64,000 nucleotides of DNA from Patescibacteria group bacterium (GCA_963169855.1 CAUJCN010000002.1:709608-773607), one strand, 5' to 3'; positions 34,027 to 44,636 are shown, counted from the first letter of the stretch. Notes: generated by a model not told the origin, from the letters alone. Made by a program: numbers and translations.

Positions 34027-34791
34027 TTAGAAGGTTTGGATGACTATGCTTTGCAATACAATATTTTCGGTTGGCTTTGCAAAATTTGATTCAGGATTAT
34101 CTACAGGGATTAGATTAATATTTTGTAGTGTTTGCAATCCAGCAGAAACTAACCCAATTGGAGTAAATCTACCATTAAAGTATTGATGGACCTTGCTTGA
34201 AGAATCAGCTAAAACTATAAAGAATTGAGTAGAGTTAGTGTCGTAACCATCATTCGCCATGAATACTATGTATTGTTTCGAAGCAGGAGTTGTTAGTGTG
34301 GCATTAGAAAGAAAGCCTTCCCCTCTGAGTTTGTCTTTTTCTTCCTGAGAAAGTGGAAGTGAATCTAAGTTTACTTCCCCATCTAAAACATAACCAGCAC
34401 GTCCTTGCCCATCGTCGTTTGGATCTGTATTTAGAGTATTCCTATCTCCGCCTTGTAAAAGAAGATTTGGAACTAATCTATGGAATTTTGTATTTACGTA
34501 ATAGTTATTATTAGCTAGGTAGACAAAATTATTTACGTTCACAGGTGCGTTCTTTTCGAACAAATCAATGGTAAAAGATCCTTGAGAAGTATTCACTGTC
34601 GCAAAGTAGTTTAGATTTTGATCTATAGTCTGAGCAGGTGCTTCTTGAAAAGGATCGTCTGGATCATCAAACAGTTTTCCGATTGAAAGAATTTTTCCCA
34701 ACGATAGATTTTGACCCGCAACAATAAGAATTCCAAAACAAATGAGAATTCCTACCAGGTAAAGAAATACTTGATTTTCTTGTTTAAACAT
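34027..34791 (-). CDS. Membrane-anchored cyclophilin-type peptidyl-prolyl isomerase
   Basis: APVNVNNF, FHRLVP...QGGD, MAN...NSTQFFI. Confidence 0.9.
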   Translation of the reverse strand: MFKQENQVFLYLVGILICFGILIVAGQNLSLGKILSIGKLFDDPDDPFQEAPAQTIDQNLNYFATVNTSQGSFTIDLFEKNAPVNVNNFVYLANNNYYVNTKFHRLVPNLLLQGGDRNTLNTDPNDDGQGRAGYVLDGEVNLDSLPLSQEEKDKLRGEGFLSNATLTTPASKQYIVFMANDGYDTNSTQFFIVLADSSSKVHQYFNGRFTPIGLVSAGLQTLQNINLIPVDNPESNFAKPTENIVLQSIVIQTF

Positions 34792-35489
34792 TAAGGGTTT
34801 TGTCTAACTACTTCAAACATTATTATAGAAGCAGCGACGCTCATGTTCAATGAGTTTACGAGACCAAATTGTGGAATTGTTAGAATTTCATCACATTTCT
34901 CTATAACTTCTTGAGAAAGGCTTTTATCTTCTCCACCAATTATGTAGAGTCCGTTTTTGTTTAAAACTTTGTGGGAGTATACGTCTCCACCTCTTTCAAT
35001 TCCGTAGATAAAGTAACCTCTGTCTTTGAAGTACTTTATTGTTTGGAAGATAGATCCTTGAATTACGTTTGTATGGAAAACAGCTCCTGTAGAAATTTTG
35101 GCTACAGTAGGGGTGATTTTCACTTCTTTTGGAACGATTACACCTCCAAATCCAGAACATTCAACACTTCGGATAATTGCTCCAACGTTTTGTTCAAAAG
35201 TTGAGTCGTAGATGAAAACGTATGGCTTTTCTTCGTAGAAAAGTTCGTCGGACATTTGGGTATATTCATAGTCAACATAGCAAGCAACGCCTTGGTGTTC
35301 TCGGTTTTCAGTCATTTTCGCAAGTTCTTTTCGAGAAATGAATTTAACTGCTACTTTATCTTTTTTTGCAAGATTTTTGATTAGGGAGATTTTCTCTGAA
35401 TCGTCGATGCCTTCTTCTAAGAATAGAGTATCTACATTGAATTTGGATCTTAAAGCTTCTAAAACTGTATTTCTACCGTAGGCTAACAT
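34791..35489 (-). CDS. rlmB: 23S rRNA 2'-O-methyltransferase, RlmB/TrmH family
   Basis: GRNTVLEAL, HQGV, NVGAIIRS, GGEDKSL, NSLNMSVAA. Confidence 0.88.
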   Translation of the reverse strand: MLAYGRNTVLEALRSKFNVDTLFLEEGIDDSEKISLIKNLAKKDKVAVKFISRKELAKMTENREHQGVACYVDYEYTQMSDELFYEEKPYVFIYDSTFEQNVGAIIRSVECSGFGGVIVPKEVKITPTVAKISTGAVFHTNVIQGSIFQTIKYFKDRGYFIYGIERGGDVYSHKVLNKNGLYIIGGEDKSLSQEVIEKCDEILTIPQFGLVNSLNMSVAASIIMFEVVRQNP

Positions 35490-35580
35490 AGAAAAAGATT
35501 CAAAGATTAAAATAAAAAGATCAAAACAAAGAAATTATACCAATATTTCAGTACTTTAGAATCTTTTCTCTTGGGGGTAG

Positions 35581-35817
35581 TTATTTCTGAACTTCTGCAA
35601 GCTTTCTAAGCTTCTTGTATGCTTTCATTGAAACCTTGACTCTTTTTACCTGTCCGTCAATTTCTAACTTAACTTTTCGTAAGTTTGGTTTCCAAGTTCT
35701 TTTTGTATTTGGTGCTTTGAATTTCCATTTTCCTCCTCCTCCAGAAGCTCCTCTTCTATGTTTCTTATTTCCACCAAAAGATGTCTTTTTTCCTAAGATT
35801 TCACATTGTCTTGCCAT
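35581..35817 (-). CDS. rpmB: 50S ribosomal protein L28
   Basis: MARQCEILGK...GGN...TKRTWKPNL. Confidence 0.95.
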   Translation of the reverse strand: MARQCEILGKKTSFGGNKKHRRGASGGGGKWKFKAPNTKRTWKPNLRKVKLEIDGQVKRVKVSMKAYKKLRKLAEVQK

Positions 35818-35994
35818 ATCAGTATTCCTAACGTTTTTAAACGTCTAATTATATTTTATAAGTTGATTTTAAGCAAGACAAAAAAGGAGAAAAGTAGTAA
35901 CAAAATACTATAATGGGTAAACTTTCTGTATTTTTATCTTCAAATTTTAATTTTTGGATGTTATACTGAATCGCTTTGATGAATACCATCAAAT

Positions 35995-36067
35995 GCCGCT
36001 TTAGCTCAGTTGGTAGAGCAACTGTTTTGTAAACAGTGGGTCCTGGGTTCGAGTCCCAGAAGCGGCT
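35995..36067 (+). tRNA. tRNA-Thr (TGT)
   Basis: Acceptor GCCGCTT/AAGCGGC, loop TTTGTAA. Confidence 0.96.
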
Positions 36068-36074
36068 TTCTTGA

Positions 36075-36158
36075 CCGAGAATGACGGAGTGGTCAAACGT
36101 ACCTGACTGTAAATCAGGCAGCCTTAGGCTTACGGAGGTTCGAATCCTTCTTCTCGGA
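36075..36158 (+). tRNA. tRNA-Tyr (GTA), C1:G72, long variable arm
   Basis: Acceptor CCGAGAA/TTCTCGG-A, loop CTGTAAA, V-arm AGCC-TTA-GGCT. Confidence 0.95.
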
Positions 36159-36223
36159 TATTCAAAATAAACTTCCAATTTCTAATCTCTAAATCCTAAA
36201 TAAGTTGATATAATCTTTTTTGT

Positions 36224-36296
36224 GCCGCAGTAGCTCAGTTGGTAGAGCACACCCATGGTAAGGGTGAGGTCACGGGTTCGATTCCCGTCTTCGGCT
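36224..36296 (+). tRNA. tRNA-Thr (GGT)
   Basis: Acceptor GCCGCAG/CTTCGGC (one mismatch), loop ATGGTAA. Confidence 0.94.
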
Positions 36297-36306
36297 TATT
36301 AATAGT

Positions 36307-36888
36307 ATGAAAAAACTGTCAAGGGAAAACTCTTCAAAACAACTTATTCTCCAGTCCATACAATCTTTTTTTGAGGATAATTTCCCAGTAGCAACTCATA
36401 CATTAGCTCATGCAGCAATAGAATCTATACGTGAATTAGCTAACAGTAAGGGTATCTTATCGCTTACTAAAGATTTAGAAAAAAGTGGAGATTTTAAATT
36501 TAAAGATGATGGATTGAATTCAATCTATAAAGATAAAGTAAAAAGTAGTGGAAGAAGTTCTCGAAGAAAATCCAATAATCAGAAGTGGAAAGAAATTACC
36601 GAAACTAACTACAATTTTTTTAAACATTATACTAGTGAGGATTCCACAGAATTTAATCCAGGTATTAATGATCTCTTAATACTGGACGCCATTCAGCTTT
36701 TCATCAATTGCTTTGGTGAAATTCACCCTTATATGAATTTATTCTTAGTATGGATGTATCTGGAAGATAGTAATGTGTTTGTTGAACCTCAAAAATCCCA
36801 ATATGAGGAACTGTCTAAATCTTTTCCTGAGTTGAAGTTGGATAAAAAAGTTTTTCTCAAAGTATTGAAAAAGCTTGGATTAAACTAA
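36307..36888 (+). CDS. Hypothetical protein
   Basis: 193-aa ORF directly after tRNA-Thr; motifs THTLAHAA and NFFKH, family not identified. Confidence 0.7.
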   Translation: MKKLSRENSSKQLILQSIQSFFEDNFPVATHTLAHAAIESIRELANSKGILSLTKDLEKSGDFKFKDDGLNSIYKDKVKSSGRSSRRKSNNQKWKEITETNYNFFKHYTSEDSTEFNPGINDLLILDAIQLFINCFGEIHPYMNLFLVWMYLEDSNVFVEPQKSQYEELSKSFPELKLDKKVFLKVLKKLGLN

Positions 36889-36949
36889 TATTAAAAAATT
36901 TGTATTCCACCACATAGCCCCAACTTTTCATTCATGAGATAAAGTTCTA

Positions 36950-37993
36950 ATGTCACATTTAGAATTTCTTATCAATGTACTTTTTCAACAGAATTTTGGA
37001 ATCAGAAGTATAAACAAAATCTTGGATCTTAGTAGTAATTTTGAAGAATTCTCAGAAAATACAAAAATAGCATTCGAAAACTCTAGACTTCAATTTGTTG
37101 AAAACGCATTGAATGTTAAAACAGTTCTAGATAATTGCAAACTAAATAGAGTAGAGTTGGTTACATACTTTGATAAAGAATACCCTAAATTACTTAGGCA
37201 GATTCCTGATGCACCATTGATATTAGCTTGCAAAGGAAATCTAAACTTGCTCGAAAATCAATCCATAAGTATTGTAGGAACTAGAAATTGCAGTGCTTAC
37301 GGACAGCGAGTTACGAAAGAGTTATGCGAATTCTTGTCTTACAGAAACGTTATCACAGTTAGCGGAATGGCGTTTGGGATAGATGCGGTAGTTCACCAGA
37401 ATTCAACGCAAACTATTGCAGTACTTCCAACATTCCCTTCAAAAGCTATTCCTGCAAACAACTTTAAAATCTATAATAGTATAATTGAAAACAACGGATT
37501 AGTAGTTTCTGAGAATATTAAAGATGAACCAATCGCTTCCTATATGTATGTTTCCAGAAATAGAATAGTAGCAGGACTTTCTAGTAAAACGGTAATTATT
37601 GAAGCTGCAGAAAAAAGTGGCGCAATAATAACTGCAGAGTATGCACTTGATTACAATAGAGAAGTTTATGCAGTTCCAGGAAACATTTTTTCAGAATCTT
37701 CCAAAGGTTGTCATAAATTGATTCGTTCAGACGTAGCAAGGATACTAACAAGTTATGAAGATCTAATAGAAAACGATAATTTAGTACCAATTATTCCATT
37801 CCCCAAAGCTCAAAACTTGACAGAAGATGAGACCTGCATTTATTATGCACTCTCAGATAAGGGCTTGAGTATTGATGAACTATCTATACAAACGGCAATT
37901 TCACTCAATGTTTTAGGGTACACCTTGATAAATTTAGAACTAAAGGGTTTAATACAGAAAGATATTTTAAATAACTATTCAAGAATAAAATGA
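36950..37993 (+). CDS. dprA: DNA processing protein DprA
   Basis: YPKLLRQI, IVGTR, VSGMAFGID, RNRIVAGLS, EAAEKSGA. Confidence 0.96.
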   Translation: MSHLEFLINVLFQQNFGIRSINKILDLSSNFEEFSENTKIAFENSRLQFVENALNVKTVLDNCKLNRVELVTYFDKEYPKLLRQIPDAPLILACKGNLNLLENQSISIVGTRNCSAYGQRVTKELCEFLSYRNVITVSGMAFGIDAVVHQNSTQTIAVLPTFPSKAIPANNFKIYNSIIENNGLVVSENIKDEPIASYMYVSRNRIVAGLSSKTVIIEAAEKSGAIITAEYALDYNREVYAVPGNIFSESSKGCHKLIRSDVARILTSYEDLIENDNLVPIIPFPKAQNLTEDETCIYYALSDKGLSIDELSIQTAISLNVLGYTLINLELKGLIQKDILNNYSRIK

Positions 37994-40272
37994 AGTTAGT
38001 AATTGTAGAGTCGCCTTCAAAGGCTAGTACTATTAAAAAGTATTTAGGCGACGGTTATGTAGTTAAAGCGTCAAAGGGACATGTGATTGATTTGCCAAAG
38101 TCAGGACTAGGTGTGGATGTAGAAAACAACTTTAAACCAGAATATATAATTACTAAAAAAGACTCATTAACTGAACTTAAGAAGGCTTACAAAGAAGCTG
38201 ACGAGTTGATTCTGGCTGTCGACTTAGACCGAGAAGGAGAAGCTATTGGATGGCACATTGCACAGGAATTAGGAGCAATCACTCCTGAAGGAAATCCAAA
38301 AAAGGGAAAGAAAGTAGAGAGAATTGTTTTCCACGAAATTACAAAGGATGCTATTCAAGAAGCAATAAACTCGCCAAGACACATAGATGTGAATTTAGTA
38401 AACGCACAACAGGCAAGAAGAGTTTTAGATAGATTAGTAGGTTACAAATTATCACCACTTCTTTGGAAAAAAATCTCGTTCGGATTATCAGCTGGAAGAG
38501 TTCAGTCTGTAGCACTAAGATTAGTTTGCGAAAGAGAAGATGAAAGAGAGAAATTCAAATCCGAAGAATACTGGTCAATAGAAGCATTTACAGATGAAAA
38601 GAAAGGGGAAGTAAAAGTAGACTACATCACGAAAAATGATGAAGAAGATTCTGATGATTCGGATGGAGGAGATAGTATTGAACAAAAAATTGAAAAAACA
38701 AACGAGGATTTACTAAAATTTGCTTTGTTCAAGATTAACAATAAAGATCCAGAAATCAAAAACAACGATGAAGCAAAAAAGATTGTTGATTCGGTTAAAG
38801 GAAAAGATTGGGTAATTGCAGCGAATGAAAAAAATAGATCAAAAAGATCTCCAAAAGCTCCGTTTATTACTAGTACGCTTCAGCAAGCTGCTGTTAATCT
38901 TTTAGGATTCTCAGCAAAAAGAACAATGGGTATTGCTCAAAAACTTTACGAGGCTGGTTTGATTACCTACATGAGAACAGATTCAACAGTAATGTCTGCA
39001 GGAGCAATTAAACAGGGGGAAGATTACATTCTAAAAACTTTCGGGAAGGAATATCTTCCAGAAAAAAGAACAGTTCATAAATCAACAAACAAATCGGCTC
39101 AAGAAGCACACGAATGTATTAGACCAACAGATCTAACAAAATCTAGCGATTCTTTAGGATTAGAGCCAGACGCAAAGAGAGTTTACGATCTAATCAGAAA
39201 TAGAGCGTTAGCCTCATTAATGTCTCCAGCAGAAATTGAAGGATTAGTAATAGATGTAAATATAGATGAATATAAATTCAGAGCAAATGGAAAAAGAGTA
39301 ATCTTCCAAGGTTACTTAAAAGTGATGAAAGAAAGGCTTGGAGAAGTAGAGCTTCCAGATCTTCAAATAGGTGATCAGGTTTACCCACACGAGATTCTAG
39401 GAATTCAACATTTTACTCAACCGCCAGGAAGGTATTCCGAGGCAACTTTGATTAAGAAATTAGAAGAATTGGGAATTGGAAGACCATCTACTTACGCATC
39501 TATAATCTCTACTTTATTAGATAGAAAATACACAGAGAACGTTGCTAGATATCTTGTTCCAACAGATGTTGGAAGATTAGTAAACAAGCTTTTGACGATG
39601 TACTTCATGAATGTTGTTGACTATGAATTCACAAAATCTATGGAGGATAAATTAGATACAATCGCAGAGGGAAAACTAGAATGGACAGCAATGTTGAAGG
39701 AATTCTACTTCCCATTCGAAAAGGAAATCATCAAGCAAGATAAAAATATCGATAGAAATCTATTTAAACAATTAGGAACTTCAGACGAAAAATGTCCCGA
39801 ATGTGGCAAACCCATGGTTGTAAAATTAGGAAGGTATGGAAAATTCCTGAGTTGTAGCGATTATCCAAAATGTCAGGGTATCAAAGCATTAGAAGATCCG
39901 TCTGTAGAGAACGCATCATTCGATCCAGAAAAATTTGAAGGTGCACCAAAGACAGAAGATGGTAGAGAATTTGAACTAAAGAAGAGTAGATTTGGAAGCT
40001 TCTGGGCACATCCAGATTATCCTAAAGTGAAGGAAGCTAAGCCTTTGTTGTTAAAAGAAAAATGTCCAGAATGTGGAAGCAATCTTGTGGAAAGAAAAGG
40101 TAAATTTGGACGAATGTTTACAGGATGTTCAAGTTATCCTAAATGTAGATACATCAAAGGAGCAAAAAAGAAAGAAGATGGAGAAGAAGTTCAAGCTACT
40201 GCCAAAGCTAAAGGTACAAAATCTCCTAAATCAATCTCAAAGACTAAAAGCAAAAAGGCTAAAAAAGTGTAA
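37990..40272 (+). CDS. topA: DNA topoisomerase I
   Basis: IVESPSKA, DLDREGE, SAGRVQS, ITYMRTDS, C-terminal zinc ribbons. Confidence 0.98.
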   Translation: MKLVIVESPSKASTIKKYLGDGYVVKASKGHVIDLPKSGLGVDVENNFKPEYIITKKDSLTELKKAYKEADELILAVDLDREGEAIGWHIAQELGAITPEGNPKKGKKVERIVFHEITKDAIQEAINSPRHIDVNLVNAQQARRVLDRLVGYKLSPLLWKKISFGLSAGRVQSVALRLVCEREDEREKFKSEEYWSIEAFTDEKKGEVKVDYITKNDEEDSDDSDGGDSIEQKIEKTNEDLLKFALFKINNKDPEIKNNDEAKKIVDSVKGKDWVIAANEKNRSKRSPKAPFITSTLQQAAVNLLGFSAKRTMGIAQKLYEAGLITYMRTDSTVMSAGAIKQGEDYILKTFGKEYLPEKRTVHKSTNKSAQEAHECIRPTDLTKSSDSLGLEPDAKRVYDLIRNRALASLMSPAEIEGLVIDVNIDEYKFRANGKRVIFQGYLKVMKERLGEVELPDLQIGDQVYPHEILGIQHFTQPPGRYSEATLIKKLEELGIGRPSTYASIISTLLDRKYTENVARYLVPTDVGRLVNKLLTMYFMNVVDYEFTKSMEDKLDTIAEGKLEWTAMLKEFYFPFEKEIIKQDKNIDRNLFKQLGTSDEKCPECGKPMVVKLGRYGKFLSCSDYPKCQGIKALEDPSVENASFDPEKFEGAPKTEDGREFELKKSRFGSFWAHPDYPKVKEAKPLLLKEKCPECGSNLVERKGKFGRMFTGCSSYPKCRYIKGAKKKEDGEEVQATAKAKGTKSPKSISKTKSKKAKKV

Positions 40273-40320
40273 TTTTTGACTTCTACTATTCAGATTTCAA
40301 GCTTTGTCATGATATAATCC

Positions 40321-40394
40321 TTCTCGTATCTTCGGATACAAATCAACACTCGTTCTAATTCCATCCTTAAAGTTTAAGGCAGAACGGGGAAGAA
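40321..40394 (+). promoter_or_regulatory. Structured rpsB 5' leader (S2/t44-like)
   Basis: After TGaTATAAT: GTATC-TTCG-GATAC hairpin, then CTCGTTCT...AGAACGGG enclosing CCTTAA/TTAAGG. Confidence 0.55.
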
Positions 40395-40417
40395 TATTTA
40401 CTTATTAATTTTATTAA

Positions 40418-41416
40418 ATGGAAGAGAAGATGAATGACGCCAATTTTTTCCCTGAGTTATCAGATCTATTAAAGTCTGGAGCACAATTCGGTCACGAAAA
40501 GAGCAGATGGAACCCAAAAATGGCTAAGTATATTTTTGGAATCAAAAACGGAATTCACGTTTTAGATGTACAGAAAACTCATGAAAAGCTAACAACAGCT
40601 TACAATTTTCTTAAGGAAGCATCTACAAAAGGATACGTTCTATTTGTAGGAACTAAGAAGCAAGCCTCAGATATCATCAAAGAAGAAGCAATTAGATCAG
40701 GTTCATACTTTGTAACAAACAGATGGGCTGGAGGTTTATTTACAAACTTCAACATGATCAAACAGAGTCTTGCAAAATTACAGAGTTTAGAAAAACAGTT
40801 TGAAGAAGGAGTTCAGGGAAGAACTAAATACGAAGTAGCTTTGATGAAAAAGGAATGGCAGACTTTAACTAGACTTTACGCTGGAATTAAGAACTTAACA
40901 ACAAAACCAGTAGCTGTTGTTGTTTTGGATACTAAATTCGAAAAAGCAGCTGTTAGAGAAGCTAGAAAAGTTGGAATTCCTGTAATCGGAATTGTTGATA
41001 CAAACTCAAATCCTGATTCAGCAGATTATGTAATTCCTGCAAATGATGATGCAATAAATTCAATCAGAATTATATTCAGAACATTAGGAAATGCAGTAAT
41101 GCTAGGAAACAAAGGAGCTGGAGTACAGCACCAATTAAAGGATTACTCAAAAGAAGAAATCAAAATTACTAAAGCAGTAGAAGTTGAGGAAGTAGCAGAA
41201 AGAGTTTCAGTTGATTCTTCAGAAGAAGAAACTGCAAGAACTGTAAAAGAAGCTGCAGCTAAACCTGTAAAATCTACAAGTAAAGCAAAGGGAATCTTGG
41301 AAAGAGCAAAAGAAGCTGCAACTGAAAAACCAGCTGTAGAAGCTAAGCCTAAGAAGAAAGCTGAAGAAAAACCAGCTAAACCAGCTGCTAAGAAGGTAGC
41401 AAAGGCAAAGAAATAG
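40418..41416 (+). CDS. rpsB: 30S ribosomal protein S2 with Lys/Ala-rich C-terminal tail
   Basis: GAQFGH...WNPKM, RWAGGLFTN, IPANDD. Confidence 0.98.
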   Translation: MEEKMNDANFFPELSDLLKSGAQFGHEKSRWNPKMAKYIFGIKNGIHVLDVQKTHEKLTTAYNFLKEASTKGYVLFVGTKKQASDIIKEEAIRSGSYFVTNRWAGGLFTNFNMIKQSLAKLQSLEKQFEEGVQGRTKYEVALMKKEWQTLTRLYAGIKNLTTKPVAVVVLDTKFEKAAVREARKVGIPVIGIVDTNSNPDSADYVIPANDDAINSIRIIFRTLGNAVMLGNKGAGVQHQLKDYSKEEIKITKAVEVEEVAERVSVDSSEEETARTVKEAAAKPVKSTSKAKGILERAKEAATEKPAVEAKPKKKAEEKPAKPAAKKVAKAKK

Positions 41417-41450
41417 CGTTCATATTTTATTTACTAGTTAGTTAAAATTT

Positions 41451-42071
41451 ATGATAAGTTTAGACCAAATTAAAGAATTAAGAGCGTTATCCGGAGCAGG
41501 TGTTAATAATGTGAGAGAAGCATTAGAAGCAACTGACGGAAATATGGAAGCTGCAATTAAATACCTAAGAGAAAAAGGTATGGCTAAAGCAGATAAGAGA
41601 AAAGATAAAGTAGCAGCTAACGGGGTTTTAGGAACATACATTCACGCTAACAACAAAGTAGTTGTAGTTGTTGAAGTTGCTTGCGAAACTGATTTTGCAG
41701 CAAAGAGTCCTGATATGATTGCATTTGCAAACAAAGTCGCTTTGCACATTGCAGCAATGAGTCCTAAGTATATTTCAGAAAATGATATTCCTGTAGATTT
41801 CTTAGAAACGGAAAAGAAAGCTATGGAGGATGAATTAGTAGGAAAGCCGGATGAAGTAAAAGAAAAAATTATTTCTGGAAAAATGGAAAAGATATACAAG
41901 GATATCGTCTTACTTCACCAACCAATGTTTGGAGAAGATGGAGCAACAGTAAATGATGCTTTGAATGGGGTAATTGTAAAAGTAGGAGAAAAAACTCTTA
42001 TCACTCAATTCCATAAATATACAGTTTCAGAAAATAATGTTGACGCTGTTTTAACAAACAACGAAGACTAA
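41451..42071 (+). CDS. tsf: Elongation factor Ts (short form)
   Basis: IKELR...GAG, CETDFAA, LHIAAMSP. Confidence 0.96.
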   Translation: MISLDQIKELRALSGAGVNNVREALEATDGNMEAAIKYLREKGMAKADKRKDKVAANGVLGTYIHANNKVVVVVEVACETDFAAKSPDMIAFANKVALHIAAMSPKYISENDIPVDFLETEKKAMEDELVGKPDEVKEKIISGKMEKIYKDIVLLHQPMFGEDGATVNDALNGVIVKVGEKTLITQFHKYTVSENNVDAVLTNNED

Positions 42072-42088
42072 TTTAGAACTTCTAATTT

Positions 42089-42138
42089 AGATCCCGCTAT
42101 CATGGTGAGCTTGTCGAACCATAATGCGGGATCTTTTT
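42089..42138 (+). terminator. Terminator after tsf with a palindromic repeat in its loop
   Basis: AGATCCCGC...GCGGGATCT-TTTT enclosing ATGGTGAGCTTGTCGAACCAT. Confidence 0.8.
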
Positions 42139-42182
42139 ATTGCATCTGATATAATTAACATAATACTTTTTACTAACAATTT

Positions 42183-42731
42183 ATGCTTTTTGATGAACTA
42201 GAGTACAGATTACAATTAGACGAAGTTGTAGATAGATTCAAAAGAAACATTTCTACTTTGAGAGCTGCGGGAGCAAGCAAAGACCTTTTTGATAACATTA
42301 TGGTAAGCGCTTATGAAACATCAATGCCAGCAAGTCAATTAGCTAGTTTTGTTTTTGATGGAGCAATTAATATTTCTGCTAAAGTGTTCGACAAGAGTAT
42401 TTCTTCCAAGGTTTGGGAGGCTCTTAGGGATGCATTGCCAGGAGCTAGCGTTGTAGATCAGGGAGACGTTATTAGAATTAATTTCAGACCGTTAACTCAG
42501 GAAGACAGAGATGCTAGAGTCAAGGATTTAAATAAAATGTTAGAAGAGGGAAGAATAGCTGCAAGATTGGTAAGACAAGAATACATGCAAAAAGTAAAAG
42601 GTGCAGACGGAGTTTCAGAAGACGAGCAAAAGCTTGCAGAGAAAGATATTCAGGAAATTCTTGATGAATATATCGAAAAGCTTGAATCAGTTTCAAAAGA
42701 AAAAGAACTGGAGCTGTCTCCAAACAAATAA
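42183..42731 (+). CDS. frr: Ribosome recycling factor (divergent)
   Basis: PLTQEDR, EEGRIAARLVR, SEDE, KEKEL; synteny after tsf with no pyrH in between. Confidence 0.9.
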   Translation: MLFDELEYRLQLDEVVDRFKRNISTLRAAGASKDLFDNIMVSAYETSMPASQLASFVFDGAINISAKVFDKSISSKVWEALRDALPGASVVDQGDVIRINFRPLTQEDRDARVKDLNKMLEEGRIAARLVRQEYMQKVKGADGVSEDEQKLAEKDIQEILDEYIEKLESVSKEKELELSPNK

Positions 42732-42799
42732 CCTATGATATATTAAATGAGTTGCCTAAATCTTTAGAATTTGAAGGTTGGTAATTTGAAACTTTTGGT

Positions 42800-43948
42800 A
42801 TGTCAGGAATAATCACAATAATAGCATTACTTCTATTGATCAGCGTTCTCGTATTCGTACATGAACTTGGTCATTTTCTTGCTGCAAAATTTCAAGGAAT
42901 TCCAGTCAAAGAATTCGCAATTGGATTCGGAAAGAAAATCTTTTCATTCAAAAGAGGAGATACTGTTTATGCATTAAGATTAATTCCACTAGGAGGATTT
43001 GTTGAATTAGAAGGAGAAAGTACAGGAGAATTCAGAAACAGACCAGCGTATCAGAAGCTAATTGTAATGTTAGCTGGGGTTTTTATGAATATAGTCTTTG
43101 CAATTGTTGCATTTGGACTTTACCTTCCAAAATTGGACTATAACTTTACATTGCCAGCAATCGTTGATTTCACTTTCACTGGAACTGAAAAACAAGTTAA
43201 AGCTTTCCCTTTGACTGCATTAGAAATTCTTGATTCTAGCGCTGCAAAAGGAGATTTGGAAGTAGGAGAGAGCATAATTGGAATTAATGGTGAAAGATTC
43301 TCAAGTTTTGCTCAGTTTAAAGAAATGTTGAATGAATACAAAGGAACTGATCAAGAATTTGAATTCTTAGACTTAGAAACACTTGATACATATTCAAAAC
43401 CCGTAACTATTGGAAATCCAGAAAACGAAGATCAGGGAATACTTGGAGTATCTTTCGATGGCCAATTTAGTGAGATTGGTCAAATGGGTTATTTTGTAAA
43501 ATATAATCCATCATTCCTTTCAGGATTCTCTGTAACTTACGATATTGCAAAGTTCGAGGTTAAGGCTATCGGAAATTTGCTTTCGAATTCATTCAGAACA
43601 GGAGACTTCACAGAAGTAGGTGAAAATGTAGGTGGATTGCCAGCTATTTCTTCTCAAGTTAATCAAGTAGTAGAATTAGGTGACTTAAGCTTCTTGATTC
43701 CTCTAGCAGCGATTATAAGCATTTCTTTGGCTATCTTTAACATCCTACCTCTCCCAGCGTTAGATGGAGGACAAGCTTTGATTGTTGTGTTCGAAACTAT
43801 CACTAGAAGAAAGCTTTCTGATGAATTAATCGGTAAGATTAATCTCGCTGGATTCATCTTCTTAATTGGACTAGCAATCTTAATCAACGTTAAAGATCTC
43901 TTCCAGTTTGGTTGGTTAGATGGAATTCTAAACATTTTCAGAAGATAA
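42800..43948 (+). CDS. rseP: RIP metalloprotease RseP (M50, PDZ)
   Basis: HELGH, AGVFMN, NILPLPALDGG. Confidence 0.95.
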   Translation: MSGIITIIALLLLISVLVFVHELGHFLAAKFQGIPVKEFAIGFGKKIFSFKRGDTVYALRLIPLGGFVELEGESTGEFRNRPAYQKLIVMLAGVFMNIVFAIVAFGLYLPKLDYNFTLPAIVDFTFTGTEKQVKAFPLTALEILDSSAAKGDLEVGESIIGINGERFSSFAQFKEMLNEYKGTDQEFEFLDLETLDTYSKPVTIGNPENEDQGILGVSFDGQFSEIGQMGYFVKYNPSFLSGFSVTYDIAKFEVKAIGNLLSNSFRTGDFTEVGENVGGLPAISSQVNQVVELGDLSFLIPLAAIISISLAIFNILPLPALDGGQALIVVFETITRRKLSDELIGKINLAGFIFLIGLAILINVKDLFQFGWLDGILNIFRR

Positions 43949-43949
43949 C

Positions 43950-44636
43950 TTGATAGGTTCAAACGCTTGGGAAATAAGTAAAACAATCGTTTCTCAAATT
44001 AATTCTGAGCTTGATTCAGGAAAAGAAGTTCATGAATTAGCCGATCAGTTTTCAGCTGTTCATAATCCAATCTGTGTTGATCTTCATGGAGTTTTGATTG
44101 CATCTGAATCTTCAACATTCTCTGTCAATCCTTTGTCTATAGAATTCTTATCAAAGTTAGCTTCATTAGGTACTGTGATTATAATCACATCTAGTGAACA
44201 GCATAACTTTTTAAAAGATGCCTTAGTGCAAAGTGGTTTGCTCAACTCTGATTCGATACTTCTTACTTTTAATCAGTACTTTAAATTTATTTGTGCTCAA
44301 CATTTAAATGACGATGATCTGAAGGTAAGGGTTAGGGAAATTCATTTAGAGTATTTAAAGATTTACCCTGAAATCAGGAAAGATTTAGCGGTTGAAGCCA
44401 CTCTTGCTGAGCAAATTGAATTTGTAGATAAATTATTCCCACCAGCTATGGTGAGAAAATCTATTGCTTCTCTTTTTAGAAAGAATCACAAAATTCCCCT
44501 AATTGATGACAACGATGAAGTTGAGCAAAGCACAGGAATGCTTGGGATCAGAGTGCAATCTTGGCCAATAGGTTGCGGAGGTTGTTCATTGGAGCAGGCC
44601 TATAGTATTGTAGAAGAATATTATCGTAGCTCTTAA
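43950..44636 (+). CDS. Hypothetical protein, possibly HAD-like
   Basis: CVDLHGVL, IITSS and LIDDN resemble HAD motifs I, II and IV. Confidence 0.45.
   Translation: MIGSNAWEISKTIVSQINSELDSGKEVHELADQFSAVHNPICVDLHGVLIASESSTFSVNPLSIEFLSKLASLGTVIIITSSEQHNFLKDALVQSGLLNSDSILLTFNQYFKFICAQHLNDDDLKVRVREIHLEYLKIYPEIRKDLAVEATLAEQIEFVDKLFPPAMVRKSIASLFRKNHKIPLIDDNDEVEQSTGMLGIRVQSWPIGCGGCSLEQAYSIVEEYYRSS

Noticed and set aside
35849-36178. 109-aa minus-strand ORF
   Set aside because: Antisense to tRNA-Thr and tRNA-Tyr.
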